Below are positions 1 to 9,962 of a stretch of 64,000 bases of DNA, piece after piece. The notes beneath the pieces were generated by a model. That model worked only from the letters and a program-made list of their open reading frames with translations. It was not told where the DNA came from and searched no databases. The translations under genes and the position numbers were made by a program. Position 1 is the stretch's first letter; each line of letters starts with the position of its first letter. Source of the DNA: an uncultured Anaerolineaceae bacterium (lineage in GTDB: Bacteria; Chloroflexota; Anaerolineae; Anaerolineales; DRMV01); assembly GCA_964386185.1 (NCBI GenBank), contig CAYLRJ010000067.1, forward strand, positions 949-64,948, read 5' to 3'.

Positions 1-97
1 AGTCCACCAAGACGACGCCTTCTTTGCGCACGATGATGCCGGGCGTCATGCCGCGGTAATCGTCTAAGAGGTAAACGCGGTCGGCAATTTCTTGCAT
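1..97 (-). CDS. MBL-fold metallo-hydrolase-like protein, N-terminal 32 codons only (gene continues beyond window start)
   Basis: Reverse complement of 1-97 reads ATG..: MQEIADRVYLLDDYRGMTPGIIVRKEGVVLVD, a typical N-terminus of beta-lactamase-fold hydrolases. GGAGG lies about 10 nt upstream (around 108-114). Fragment too short for a firm call. Confidence 0.45.
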   Translation of the reverse strand, partial: MQEIADRVYLLDDYRGMTPGIIVRKEGVVLVD

Positions 98-122
98 GGG
101 GGTTTTGGCCTCCGATGGGGTG

Positions 123-2183
123 TTAGGATGAAGGGGTGTCGTCTTGAGAGACGACGGGCAGGGTGAAGTAAAAGGTGGCGCCTTCGCCCAAGCGGCTTTG
201 GACGCCAATTTCGCCGCCGTGGGCTTGCACGGCCAAGCGGGCGAAGGCCAGGCCGAGCCCGAGCCCCTTGCCTTGGGGGCGGGTGCCACGGGCGTATTTG
301 TTGAAGATGCGTTTTTGGTCTTCTTCGCTGATGCCGGGGCCGTTGTCGCTGACCCAAAAACGCACTTTGTCTTCTCCCTCTCGGTTGGCGCCCACGGTGA
401 TGTGCCCGTGAGCGGGGGTGTATTTGATGGCGTTTTCCAGGAAGTTGATTAGCACGCGGCGAATCATGTCGTGGTCGGCCAAGACGTCGGGGAGGTTTTC
501 TTCGATTTGTTTGGTCAGGGTGTGGCCGCGTTTGGTCAGCTGGGGTTGCACGGCTTCCGCGGCGTCGTTCACCAGGGTGGTGGGCGAAAGCGGTTGGGTG
601 TCTAAGGGGAGTTGCCCTGCTTCGATGCGGTGGATGTCCAGCAGGTTGGAGGTCAGGCGGTGGAGCCGGTCGGCCGCGTGGAGGGCAATGGAAAACAGTT
701 CGGAAACCGTGGGGTCTTCGGCGTTGGTGCAGATTTGTTGCAAGAGCTCCAGGCTCATGGCGATGCTGCCCAAAGGCGACCGGAGGTCGTGGTAGGTCAT
801 GGCCAAGAGGTCGTCTTTGAGGGTTGCCAGGCGTTTGCGTTCGGTGATGTCGCGCAGGATCCATTGGAGGTGTGGTTTCCCTTGCAGGGAAACGCGGCGC
901 ACGTACACTTCCACGGGGATGTGGCGCCCGCCTGCAGCCCGCACTTCTGATTCGTAAGTGATGGGTGGGGTGTTGGGGATTTCTTCAAAGTGGGGGGGAA
1001 GGATGCCTTCGGGGAGGGTGTGTACTGTGGTGATGGGGAGGGTGCCGGCGCGCAGTTCTTCCCATGTGTAACCCAGGTCCACTTTGGCTTGGCGATTGGC
1101 TTCGACCACGTGGCCTTGGAGGTCGGTGATGAAGATCCAATCCAGGGTGTCGTTGAAGAGGTCGCGGTATTGTTGGTGGGCGCTGCGGAGGTCTTCGAAC
1201 AGGCGGGCGTGACGTAGGGCGGTGCTGGTCATGCTGGCCAGGCCTCGCAGCAGGTCTTCCATATCAGAGCAGAAGGCGCCTTCGAGGGGGTTGATGGCGA
1301 TGAGCGCGCCGACGGCTTTGTCGTCAATGAGCATGGGTGCGCAGGCGACGGCGCGGATGTTGAAGGCGTTGAGGGGTTCCAGGGAAGGGCAGGGGGCGTC
1401 TTCGGTTTCGCGATTGGGGAGGGGGGCCGGCCCGGGGAAGCGCAGGCCTAAGAGGCGGCTGGCCAGCACGCCGCTGGCGTCGGTGACCACCCAGGTTTGG
1501 GCTTGTTCGTCGGCCAAGGCCAGCAAGACGGCTTCGACCCGTAGGGCGCGTTCGACCTGGCGGAGCATGCGCCGGATGACTTCGTCGGCTTGGAGGGTGC
1601 TGGTGATGGTTATGGCGCTTTCGGCCCAGGCCCGCATCAGTCGTGCTTGGCGGCGGCTGCGGGCATACATGAGGGCGTTCATCACAGCGGCGCCGGCAAA
1701 GTCGGCGATGGCTTGCACCCACGCCAGGTGCTGTTCGTTGAACGCGTGGGGTTCCCGATGGACTACGGTCAACACCCCGACCAGGCGTTCTTTGACCAGC
1801 AGGGGGGCGCTGATGGCCGAGCGGCTTTCTTCGCCGGGGTAGGGGTTGGCCAGCCAGCGTTCGTCTTGGGTGGTGTCGGTCACCAGGGCTGGCCAGCGGT
1901 GTTTGGCTACCCAGCCCGCTAAGCCGCGCTCCAGCACCTGCCGCATTTGCATGGTGGTGTTTTCGTAGAGGCGGCCGGCGTGTAAAATCATGGCCGAAAC
2001 CACTTCGCCCTGTTCGTCGAGCACAACAATGCTACATGCTGTGCCGCCGACGGTTTCCAGGGCAAAGGTCATGACCCGTTTGAGCACTGAGCGGAGTTCC
2101 AGGTCGGCGGTGAGTTCGCGGGCCAGTTCGTAGAGCCGCTCGGAGGGGATTTCGGAGGAGGGTAGCGCTTTAGATGTTGACAT
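123..2183 (-). CDS. Cytoplasmic sensor histidine kinase (GAF-GAF-PAS-HisKA-HATPase_c)
   Basis: 686-aa ORF. H-box 'MTYHDLRSPL', N-box 'NFLENAIKYT', G-boxes 'DNGPGI' and 'GKGLGLGLA'. Two GAF-like regions and a PAS-like region upstream. No TM segment and no adjacent response regulator. Confidence 0.9.
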   Translation of the reverse strand: MSTSKALPSSEIPSERLYELARELTADLELRSVLKRVMTFALETVGGTACSIVVLDEQGEVVSAMILHAGRLYENTTMQMRQVLERGLAGWVAKHRWPALVTDTTQDERWLANPYPGEESRSAISAPLLVKERLVGVLTVVHREPHAFNEQHLAWVQAIADFAGAAVMNALMYARSRRQARLMRAWAESAITITSTLQADEVIRRMLRQVERALRVEAVLLALADEQAQTWVVTDASGVLASRLLGLRFPGPAPLPNRETEDAPCPSLEPLNAFNIRAVACAPMLIDDKAVGALIAINPLEGAFCSDMEDLLRGLASMTSTALRHARLFEDLRSAHQQYRDLFNDTLDWIFITDLQGHVVEANRQAKVDLGYTWEELRAGTLPITTVHTLPEGILPPHFEEIPNTPPITYESEVRAAGGRHIPVEVYVRRVSLQGKPHLQWILRDITERKRLATLKDDLLAMTYHDLRSPLGSIAMSLELLQQICTNAEDPTVSELFSIALHAADRLHRLTSNLLDIHRIEAGQLPLDTQPLSPTTLVNDAAEAVQPQLTKRGHTLTKQIEENLPDVLADHDMIRRVLINFLENAIKYTPAHGHITVGANREGEDKVRFWVSDNGPGISEEDQKRIFNKYARGTRPQGKGLGLGLAFARLAVQAHGGEIGVQSRLGEGATFYFTLPVVSQDDTPSS

Positions 2184-3330
2184 ATTTCAGCCCACTCCCG
2201 GTGTTGAAGAGCACGATTTTTTCGTCAGGCTGAATCCATCCCTGGTGGAGCAGGCGTTGCAGGCCGGCCAGCGTGGCGGCCCCCTCGGGCGCGGCGAAGA
2301 TGCCTTCCAGGGATGCGAGTTGGTGTTGGGCGGCCAAAATTTCTTCGTCGGAAACGGCCACCGCGGTGCCTTGGGTTTCGCGCAAGGCGCGCAAGATCAA
2401 GCGGTCGGCAAACACGGCGGGAACCCGCAAGCCCGCGGCGATGGTGCGGGCGTTTTCCCAGGGGCGGGCGCGCTCCGCGCCGTTGTGGAAGGCGCGGACG
2501 ATGGGCGCGCAGCCCTCGGCTTGCACGCTCACCAGGCGGGGGCGTTCGGGGCCAATCCATCCCAGGGCTTCTAATTCGTCAAAGGCTTTCCACATGCCCA
2601 CCAGGCCCGTGCCGCCGCCGGTGGGGTAGATGATGACGTCGGGCAGTTGCCAGCCAAAGGCTTCGGCGATTTCCAGCCCCATGGTTTTTTTGCCTTCGAC
2701 GCGGTAGGGCTCTTTGAAGGTGGAGACGCTCCACCAGCCGTGGCGTTGGGCTTCTTGGGCGGCCAGGCGGCCTGCGTCGCTGATGAGGCCTTCGACCAAC
2801 ACCAGATCTGCTCCCGCGGCTTGCACTTCGGCTTTGTTGACCGCGGGCGCGTCTTTGGGCATGAAGACGTGGGCCGTGGCCCCTGCGCGGGCGGCGTAGG
2901 CAGCCAAGGCGCCCCCCGCGTTGCCCGCAGTGGGGATGACGAATTCCTGTAAGCCGAGTTCCACCGCCCTGGAGACGGCCATCACCAGCCCACGGGCTTT
3001 GAACGTGCCGGTGGGGTTTTGGGCTTCGTCTTTGACCCACAGGTGGCGGAGGCCTAAGCGCTCGGCCAGCCTGGGGGTGGGCAGCAGCGGGGTGTCGCCT
3101 TCGCCCAGGGTGTAACGGTGCGCGGGGTCGCGCACGGGGAGGATTTCATGCCATCGCCAGAGGCCCGGGGGGCGCGCGGCGATGGTTTCAGGGGTGAGGG
3201 AAGCCGCGGTGGCGATTAAATCGTAACGCGCCAGCAGAGGGGAGTTGCAATCGGGGCAGAAGGTTTGCGGCTGTTCAGGGTCGAAGATGCGGCCGCATTC
3301 GGGGCATTCTAAGTGGGTGAGAGTGCTCAT
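2170..3330 (-). CDS. thrC: Threonine synthase (PLP-dependent; N-terminal Zn-ribbon type)
   Basis: 386-aa ORF. N-terminal CPECG..CPDC zinc ribbon and PLP-lysine motif 'NPTGTFKARG'. Full-length resemblance to ThrC. Overlaps the kinase start by 14 nt. Confidence 0.88.
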   Translation of the reverse strand: MSTLTHLECPECGRIFDPEQPQTFCPDCNSPLLARYDLIATAASLTPETIAARPPGLWRWHEILPVRDPAHRYTLGEGDTPLLPTPRLAERLGLRHLWVKDEAQNPTGTFKARGLVMAVSRAVELGLQEFVIPTAGNAGGALAAYAARAGATAHVFMPKDAPAVNKAEVQAAGADLVLVEGLISDAGRLAAQEAQRHGWWSVSTFKEPYRVEGKKTMGLEIAEAFGWQLPDVIIYPTGGGTGLVGMWKAFDELEALGWIGPERPRLVSVQAEGCAPIVRAFHNGAERARPWENARTIAAGLRVPAVFADRLILRALRETQGTAVAVSDEEILAAQHQLASLEGIFAAPEGAATLAGLQRLLHQGWIQPDEKIVLFNTGSGLKYVNI

Positions 3331-3356
3331 GGTTTGCTCCCCAAGGCTGCGGGTGG

Positions 3357-4415
3357 TCAGGGGGTGACCAGGTAGGCAATGAGCCAGCGAGTGGTGGCGG
3401 TGAGGGCGTCTAAGTGGGTGCGTTCGTAGTTGTGTGAGGCATCTACGCCGGGGCCCAGGAGGGCCACTGCGGCTTCGTGCCCGGCTCGCCAGGCGGCTTC
3501 GCCGTCGGAGCCGTAGTGGGGGTAGACGTCGACTTTGTAGGGAATGTGGTAGGCTTCGGCCAGACGGCGGAGTTTCTGGCTGAGGCCGTGGTGGTAAGGC
3601 CCTGCGCTGTCTTTGGCGCAGAGGGTGGCGTGAAATTCGTCGCTGGTTTGACCTTGGCCCACGGCGGCCATGTCCACGGCGAGGAGTTCCACCAGGTCGG
3701 CTGGCAGCCCCGCGGCCGCGCCGTGGCCGACTTCTTCGTAGTTGCTGATGTGAAGGTAGGTGGTGCGGGCGGGTTTTTGCCCCGCGTCGTGCAGGGCTTT
3801 GGCCGCGGTGAGGATGCAGGCCACCGCGGCTTTGTCGTCTAAGTGGCGGGAGCGCAGGAAGCCGTTGTGCCAGCGGACGCGCGGTTCGAAGGAGACGAAA
3901 TCGCCTACTTCAATGCCCAGGGCGCGCACATCGTCAGGGGTGGCAACGCGTGCATCTAAGCGCACTTCCATGTGCGCATCGTCGCGGGCTGTTTCGTATG
4001 CAGCCTCGCCATAGACATGCACTGAGGCCGCGGTGAGAAGAAAGGTGCCGGGCACGGCTTCGCCTTGGGAGGGGTGCACCCATACGCTTTCGCCTTCGAC
4101 GAAATTCCACGGGTAACTTCCAATGCGGCTCAGCTTGAGGCGGCCGTTGGCTTTGATTTCTTTGACCACCGCGCCTAACGTGTCCACGTGCGCGGTGATG
4201 CCCCGGGGGGCTTCGGTGGTTTGCCCCTCCCAACGAACGATCAACGCGCCTTTGGGGGTGATGCGTCGGGGCGCTTTGGGAAGGATGCCCTCCAGCGCCC
4301 GCACTGTGAGGTCAATGGCTTGCTGGGTGAAGCCGGTAGGGCTGGGGGTGTTGAGAAGGTCGGTGAGAAAGGTGACGAGAAAGTCTTGGTCAAGAGGCGG
4401 CAGTTGAGCGTTCAT
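3357..4415 (-). CDS. M42 family metallopeptidase (glutamyl aminopeptidase / CelM-like)
   Basis: The ORF track extends to 4706, but that N-terminal extension overlaps the thioesterase gene in another frame. The internal ATG at 4415 (MNAQLPPLDQDFL..) gives a 352-aa M42-like protein with 'HVDTLG' and 'SNYEEVGHGAA' metal-site strings. Confidence 0.85.
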   Translation of the reverse strand: MNAQLPPLDQDFLVTFLTDLLNTPSPTGFTQQAIDLTVRALEGILPKAPRRITPKGALIVRWEGQTTEAPRGITAHVDTLGAVVKEIKANGRLKLSRIGSYPWNFVEGESVWVHPSQGEAVPGTFLLTAASVHVYGEAAYETARDDAHMEVRLDARVATPDDVRALGIEVGDFVSFEPRVRWHNGFLRSRHLDDKAAVACILTAAKALHDAGQKPARTTYLHISNYEEVGHGAAAGLPADLVELLAVDMAAVGQGQTSDEFHATLCAKDSAGPYHHGLSQKLRRLAEAYHIPYKVDVYPHYGSDGEAAWRAGHEAAVALLGPGVDASHNYERTHLDALTATTRWLIAYLVTP

Positions 4416-4860
4416 GAGGTTGGCTTTTCGGAGGGGAGGGGGCTGCAGGAAGGCCCTCAAAGGCTGCAATGGCTTGGCGCCACGTCGGCGGGATGGGGAT
4501 GGTGCGTTGATGACGATAGTCGAAGCATACTTGGATGCTTTCTCCGGTCGCCAAGAGCGCGCCACTTTCGGCGTCTTCCAGCCGATATTGCATAGGAAAA
4601 CTTTTGTTGCCCAGCCGAGGCACGCGAACCCCGATGCGCACGGGTTGGCCGAAGAGGATGGGCTGTTTGAATTCAACCCGAATTTCGGCCAAAATGATGC
4701 CCACATCGGGCATGACGCGAGGCTTCCAGAGCCCTAAGTGGAAGAGGTATCCCACCCGCCCTTGCTCCATATAGGTCAGATAGCGGGCGTTGTTGACGTG
4801 CCCTTGCGTGTCCAGGTCGCTGTAGCGGACTTCGATGGGATGGTAAAAGCGGAACGTCAT
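4390..4860 (-). CDS. Acyl-CoA thioesterase, 4HBT/YbgC-like hotdog fold
   Basis: 156-aa ORF. The N-terminus 'HPIEVRYSDLDTQGHVNNARYLTYMEQGR' is the 4HBT signature. No SD; TATAAT lies 6 nt upstream of the ATG. Confidence 0.85.
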   Translation of the reverse strand: MTFRFYHPIEVRYSDLDTQGHVNNARYLTYMEQGRVGYLFHLGLWKPRVMPDVGIILAEIRVEFKQPILFGQPVRIGVRVPRLGNKSFPMQYRLEDAESGALLATGESIQVCFDYRHQRTIPIPPTWRQAIAAFEGLPAAPSPPKSQPHERSTAAS

Positions 4861-4953
4861 ATTTAGATTATACCCTTTTTGCTGCCTGCGCGGTGGGCGA
4901 GGTTGGGGGTTTGGCGTTTTTGGGGTGGGTGAGGGGGTGTTGGAGGCGAAGTG

Positions 4954-4981
4954 TTGACAAGGAAAGGGAATGTGGTATTAT
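4954..4981 (+). promoter_or_regulatory. Sigma-70-type promoter for the marR-ABC exporter operon
   Basis: TTGACA (4954-4959), 16-nt spacer, TGgTATTAT extended -10 (4973-4981). The AGGAGAG SD at 5002-5008 precedes ATG 5015. Confidence 0.5.
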
Positions 4982-5014
4982 TTAGGCTCACTTATATTTT
5001 TAGGAGAGTTAACC

Positions 5015-5506
5015 ATGCCGGCGGATTTACCAGCGCGGGAAGGTCAAGAGCTCAAGGCGGTGTTGCAAGAGGTATTGGGGCAGTTGCTTCAATCTTCGAT
5101 GCACGCGTTTTGGCAGCGGGTGCGAGAGCAGGGGCTCTCGATGACGCAGGTTTTTGCGCTGCGTTACATTCACCGCCAGGGGGAATGCAACATTTCTGAT
5201 TTGGCCAAGGCTTTGGGCGTGTCGAATGCGGCGGCCAGTCAGATGTTGGACCGCCTGGTGCAGCAGGGCTATGTGCTTCGGCAGGAAAACCCGCGCGACC
5301 GCCGCAATAAGCGTTTGATGTTGACGCCTGAAGGGCAACAGGTATTGGCCGAGATTACCCCTTCGCGTCGGGCTGTGTTTGAAGAAGTGACGAAATTGCT
5401 CTCGCCGCAGGAAACCGCTGCGGTGACCGAAGCGTTGAGCCTGCTTCTGCGCAAAATGCGCGCCTCAGATGCTTTTTCAACGCCACCCCATTTCGAACAA
5501 TCTTGA
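5015..5506 (+). CDS. MarR family transcriptional regulator
   Basis: Winged-helix MarR pattern 'LSMTQVFALRYIHRQGECNISDLAKALGVSNAAASQMLDRLVQQGYVLRQENPRDRRNKRLMLTPEG'. Start moved to ATG 5015, which has a good SD; the track start is 4970. Confidence 0.85.
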   Translation: MPADLPAREGQELKAVLQEVLGQLLQSSMHAFWQRVREQGLSMTQVFALRYIHRQGECNISDLAKALGVSNAAASQMLDRLVQQGYVLRQENPRDRRNKRLMLTPEGQQVLAEITPSRRAVFEEVTKLLSPQETAAVTEALSLLLRKMRASDAFSTPPHFEQS

Positions 5507-5518
5507 GGGAGCCATTTC

Positions 5519-7759
5519 ATGGTACGGATTGCCAAATATCTCAAACCGTTTGCGTTGCTGGTCGTGTTGGCCGTGGCTTTGCTTTTTGTGCAGGCAGATG
5601 CCGACCTGACCTTGCCTGATTACATGTCGCGCATTGTCAATGTGGGCATTCAGCAAGGCGGTATTGAGCGTGCTGTGCCTGAGGCCTTGCGCCAGACCAC
5701 CATGCAACATCTTTCGCTGTTTGTCACCGAGCAAGAGCAGCAGGAGATTTTGTCTTATTATCGCTTGGTGCAACCGGGCACGCCCGAAGCCCAGGCTTTG
5801 GCGTCCCAATATCCGCTGGTGCAACAAGAGCCCATATATGTGCTCAAGGATACCGCTCCAGAAGTGATTGACCATTTAGAGCCCTTGATGAGCAAAGGGC
5901 TGTTGATGGTTTACGGCATTCAACGCATTGAAGAGAACCCCGAAGAGGCAAAACAATTGATGCCCAACGCGGGGTTTGATCTTTCGCAGTTGCCCCCCAA
6001 CACCGATTTGTTTGCGATGTTGGCCAAGATGCCGGTCTCAAAGCGAGAGGAAATCAGCCAAGCCATGACCGAGCGTTTTCAGGCGATTGGCGGCGAAAAG
6101 GCTTTGGTGCAGGCAGCGACCCGAGCCGTCAAAGCGGAGTATGACGCTTTGGGGGTTGATACGGCCAAAATCCAAAACGACTATATTTTACACACGGGCG
6201 CGTTGATGTTGTTGATTGCCCTGGTGGCTGCCATTGCCACGATTAGTGTAGGCTATTTGGCAGCCCGCATTGCCGCAGGCCTGGCGCGTGATCTCCGACA
6301 CGCCCTTTTTGCCAAGGTGATGCACTTTTCGGGCGCGGAGTTTGACCGTTTTTCAACGGCCTCGCTGATTACGCGGGCTACCAACGACATCACACAAATT
6401 CAAACCGCCACCATGATGTTGGTGCGGATGGTGTTTTATGCACCCATCATTGGCATCGGCGCGATTATGCACGCCTTAGACAAAAGCCCCTCTATGTGGT
6501 GGACCATCGCGCTGGCTGTGATTGTGCTCTTGGGGGTGATTTCGGTGGTCTTTAGCGTCACCTTGCCCAAATTCAAAATCATTCAGCGCCTGATTGACCG
6601 CCTCAATTTGATTTTGCGGGAAAACCTCACCGGCATGATGGTGGTTCGGGCTTTCAATCGGCAAGATTACGAATCCCGGCGTTTTGATCGCACCAACCGA
6701 GACCTCACCGATATTAGCTTGTTCGTCAATCGGGTGTTTGTGGTGATTATGCCCGCGATGATGTTGGTGCTCAACGGGGCGATGATTTTGATTCTCTGGG
6801 TTGGGTCGCACGAAGTGGCGAAAGCAACCATGCAAGTTGGCGACATGATGGCGTTCATGCAATATGCCATGCAGGTAGTGTTTGCCTTCCTGATGCTTTC
6901 GATGGTGTTTATCGTGCTGCCCCGGGCCGACGTGTCGGCGCATCGGGTGGCTGATGTGTTGGAAACGGAAATCACTGTGCTCCCGCCTGAGCAACCCAAG
7001 GCCTTCCCTGAGCCTTTTGACCCCAGCATTCGGTTCACCAATGTCTCATTCCGCTATCCCGAAGCCAAGGAAGACATGCTGCACGACATCAACATTGACA
7101 TTGCCCCCGGCCAAACCGTGGGCATCATGGGCACGACCGGCTCGGGCAAAACCACGTTGGTCAACCTCATCCCACGGTTTTATGACGTCACCGAAGGCAG
7201 CATCACAATAGATGGGGTAGACATTCGGGACGTTGATTTACAAGATTTGCGAGCTCGCATTGGTTATGTGCCTCAGCGGAGCAATTTGTTTGCCGGCACC
7301 ATCGAGAGCAATTTGCGCTTTGCCAATCCGAATGCGGATGAGGAGACCATGCGGCGGGCGTTGGCCATTGCCCAGGCTGATTTTGTGTTCAAACATCCGC
7401 GCGGGTTGCAGGCTGAGGTTTCCCAAGGCGGCATCAACTTTTCGGGCGGCCAGCGTCAGCGGTTGACCATTGCCCGCGCGTTGGTGAAAGACGCCCCCAT
7501 CTATATTTTCGACGAGTGCTTCTCAGCCCTGGATTACAAAACCGACGCGCGTTTGCGGCAGGCCCTGCGTCAACATCTCTCAGGGCGCACCATCATCATC
7601 GTTTCTCAGCGTGTGGCGACCATCAAAGACGCAGACCAAATCTTGGTGTTAGACCAAGGTCGGGTGATTTGTCAGGGCACCCATCGTGAACTCATGGAGG
7701 GTTGTGAAGTGTATCGTGAAATTGCCCTCTCGCAACTCAAGCAGGAGGCGCTGGTATGA
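5519..7759 (+). CDS. ABC exporter, fused permease/ATPase subunit (type I exporter, large extracytoplasmic insert after TM1)
   Basis: 746 aa. Walker A 'GTTGSGKTT', signature 'FSGGQRQR', Walker B 'IYIFDE'. Six-TM exporter domain. Confidence 0.9.
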   Translation: MVRIAKYLKPFALLVVLAVALLFVQADADLTLPDYMSRIVNVGIQQGGIERAVPEALRQTTMQHLSLFVTEQEQQEILSYYRLVQPGTPEAQALASQYPLVQQEPIYVLKDTAPEVIDHLEPLMSKGLLMVYGIQRIEENPEEAKQLMPNAGFDLSQLPPNTDLFAMLAKMPVSKREEISQAMTERFQAIGGEKALVQAATRAVKAEYDALGVDTAKIQNDYILHTGALMLLIALVAAIATISVGYLAARIAAGLARDLRHALFAKVMHFSGAEFDRFSTASLITRATNDITQIQTATMMLVRMVFYAPIIGIGAIMHALDKSPSMWWTIALAVIVLLGVISVVFSVTLPKFKIIQRLIDRLNLILRENLTGMMVVRAFNRQDYESRRFDRTNRDLTDISLFVNRVFVVIMPAMMLVLNGAMILILWVGSHEVAKATMQVGDMMAFMQYAMQVVFAFLMLSMVFIVLPRADVSAHRVADVLETEITVLPPEQPKAFPEPFDPSIRFTNVSFRYPEAKEDMLHDINIDIAPGQTVGIMGTTGSGKTTLVNLIPRFYDVTEGSITIDGVDIRDVDLQDLRARIGYVPQRSNLFAGTIESNLRFANPNADEETMRRALAIAQADFVFKHPRGLQAEVSQGGINFSGGQRQRLTIARALVKDAPIYIFDECFSALDYKTDARLRQALRQHLSGRTIIIVSQRVATIKDADQILVLDQGRVICQGTHRELMEGCEVYREIALSQLKQEALV

Positions 7760-9690
7760 ATGCCGCACGGTTCCAACAGGTTTCTTCCAGTAAACTCAGC
7801 GGCCAGCAGGCCCGCAGCAGCGGCCCTCGGATGGGGCATGGTATGCCCATGGGGCCGGTGGATAAACCGACCGATTTCAAGGGCACCCTGCGCAAGTTGG
7901 CAGCCTATCTCAAGCCCTACAAGGCCAAGATTTTCATTGTGTTCATCTTTGCCGTGGGCTCGACGCTGTTTTCCATTGTGGGCCCGAAAATTTTAGGCAA
8001 CGCTACCACCACCCTTTTCGAAGGGGTGATGGCGCAACTCGCAGGCACTGGCGAGATTGATTTTGCCAAAATTGGCCAAATTTTGCTGGTCGCGTTGTTG
8101 CTTTACGTCTTTTCTTCGGTTTTAGGGTATCTGCAAGGCTGGTTGATGACCGACGTGGCCATGGAGGTCACCTATGCCTTGCGCAAGGCGTTGATGGAAA
8201 AGGTCCATCGGATGCCTTTCCGCTATTTTGATGGCACAACCCACGGTGAGGTGCTCTCGCGGTTGACCAACGACGTTGATACCGTCAATCGCACTTTAAA
8301 CCAGAGCCTCACGCAGATGGTCACCTCGCTGGTGACGGTGTTGGGCATTTTGGGGATGATGCTCTACATCAGTTGGCAGATGACCGTGATTGCCATCCTC
8401 ATTGTGCCCCTTTCCTTTGCTGCGATGGTGGGCATCATCAAGACCTCGCAGAAGTTCTTTGCCCGTCAGCAGCGGTTTTTGGGGCATGTGAATGGGCATG
8501 TCGAAGAGATGTTTGGCGCGCATCTCATTGTCAAAGCGTTCAACGGTGAAGCCAAGAGCATTCGCAAGTTCGATGGCTACAACGAAGCCCTTTACGAAGC
8601 TGGCTGGAAGGCGCAGTTCCTCTCGGGCATCATGCGCCCGCTCATGCGCTGGATTGGCAACTTGGGGTATGTGGCTGTGGTGATTTTGGGCGGCTGGCTG
8701 GCCATTCGCAACCTCATCACCGTGGGCGACATCCAGGCTTTCATCCAATACATGCGTTCATTCACCCAGCCAATCACCCAATTGGCGAACATTTCGAACA
8801 TCCTCCAGCAGACGGTAGCCGCGGCTGAGCGTGTGTTTGACTTCCTGGAAGAGGAAGAGGAAGCCCCCGACCCCGCCGACCCGGTCAAGTTGGAAACCGT
8901 GGCCGGGCGGGTGGAATTCCGCGATGTGCATTTCGGCTATTTGCCAGATAAGATGGTGATTAAAGGCTTTACGGCACGCATTGAGCCAGGCCAGAAGGTG
9001 GCCATCGTTGGGCCTACAGGCGCCGGGAAGACCACCATCGTCAAATTGCTCATGCGATTTTATGATGTCAACCAAGGCGCCATTTTGGTGGATGGCCACG
9101 ATGTCCGCTCGTTTGCGCGGGCCGATTTGCGGCGGATGTTTGGCATGGTTTTGCAAGATACGTGGCTTTTCAATGGCACCATTATGGAAAACATCCGCTA
9201 TGGCCGCTTGGACGCGACCGACGAAGAGGTCATCGCCGCGGCCAAGGCCGCGCGCGCCCATCACTTCATCCGGGCTCTTCCCGAGGGCTACAACTTTGTA
9301 ATCAACGAGGAAGTGACCAACATCTCTCAGGGCCAAAAGCAGCTGATTACCATCGCCCGGGCTATTTTGGCCGACCCGGCGATGCTGATTTTGGACGAAG
9401 CCACCAGTTCGGTTGACACCCACACTGAGTTGCTGATTCAGCAGGCGATGGATGAATTGATGGCCGGGCGGACCAGTTTTGTGATTGCGCATCGGCTTTC
9501 GACCATCCGCAACGCGGATTTGATTTTGGTCATGCGCGACGGCAACATTGTGGAACAGGGCACGCACGACGAATTGTTGGCCAAAGGCGGCTTCTATGCC
9601 GAGCTTTACAACAGCCAGTTTACCCAGCCGCTCACCGAAGACGACGTGCCCCTCGGGCGCGCGCTGGGCTCCGCGCCCAGCCCGGCCTGA
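7756..9690 (+). CDS. ABC exporter, fused permease/ATPase subunit (heterodimer partner)
   Basis: 644 aa. Walker A 'GPTGAGKTT', signature 'ISQGQKQL', Walker B 'MLILDEATS'. ATGA overlap with the upstream subunit. Confidence 0.9.
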   Translation: MNAARFQQVSSSKLSGQQARSSGPRMGHGMPMGPVDKPTDFKGTLRKLAAYLKPYKAKIFIVFIFAVGSTLFSIVGPKILGNATTTLFEGVMAQLAGTGEIDFAKIGQILLVALLLYVFSSVLGYLQGWLMTDVAMEVTYALRKALMEKVHRMPFRYFDGTTHGEVLSRLTNDVDTVNRTLNQSLTQMVTSLVTVLGILGMMLYISWQMTVIAILIVPLSFAAMVGIIKTSQKFFARQQRFLGHVNGHVEEMFGAHLIVKAFNGEAKSIRKFDGYNEALYEAGWKAQFLSGIMRPLMRWIGNLGYVAVVILGGWLAIRNLITVGDIQAFIQYMRSFTQPITQLANISNILQQTVAAAERVFDFLEEEEEAPDPADPVKLETVAGRVEFRDVHFGYLPDKMVIKGFTARIEPGQKVAIVGPTGAGKTTIVKLLMRFYDVNQGAILVDGHDVRSFARADLRRMFGMVLQDTWLFNGTIMENIRYGRLDATDEEVIAAAKAARAHHFIRALPEGYNFVINEEVTNISQGQKQLITIARAILADPAMLILDEATSSVDTHTELLIQQAMDELMAGRTSFVIAHRLSTIRNADLILVMRDGNIVEQGTHDELLAKGGFYAELYNSQFTQPLTEDDVPLGRALGSAPSPA

Positions 9691-9879
9691 CCTCGGCCAA
9701 GGCGTGGCCGCGCCTCAGGTGGCCTAAACCTTGCAAAGCCATGAAGTGCGAGGCGCTTTGTTGCTTGGTGGCCTCGCGAGCCGCTCGCTGGGGTTGGGCG
9801 CGCCGCAGCCCAACCCGTGAAGGTGGGCATCGTGTGCCGCGAGTTCGGTCGCCGCTGAGGCGCGCGAGGCGTGGGTAAG

Positions 9880-9899
9880 CGGGGGCGTTTTCGCCCCCG
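9880..9899 (+). terminator. GC-rich hairpin downstream of ABC operon (possible terminator, no U-tract)
   Basis: CGGGGGCG-tttt-CGCCCCCG, a perfect 8-bp stem with a 4-nt loop. It is followed by gtcttgcg, which is not a proper T-run. Confidence 0.3.
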
Positions 9900-9953
9900 G
9901 TCTTGCGCACGCTGGCCCTGCGAAGCGAGGGACGACCCAAAGCCGCGGTTTTT

Positions 9954-9962
9954 TGATACAAT
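9954..9962 (+). promoter_or_regulatory. Extended -10 element (TGaTACAAT) 6 nt upstream of the PBP-like gene ATG; implies leaderless transcript
   Basis: TG at 9954-9955, TACAAT at 9957-9962, then ctcacc, then ATG at 9969. No SD is possible in the 6-nt gap. Confidence 0.4.
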
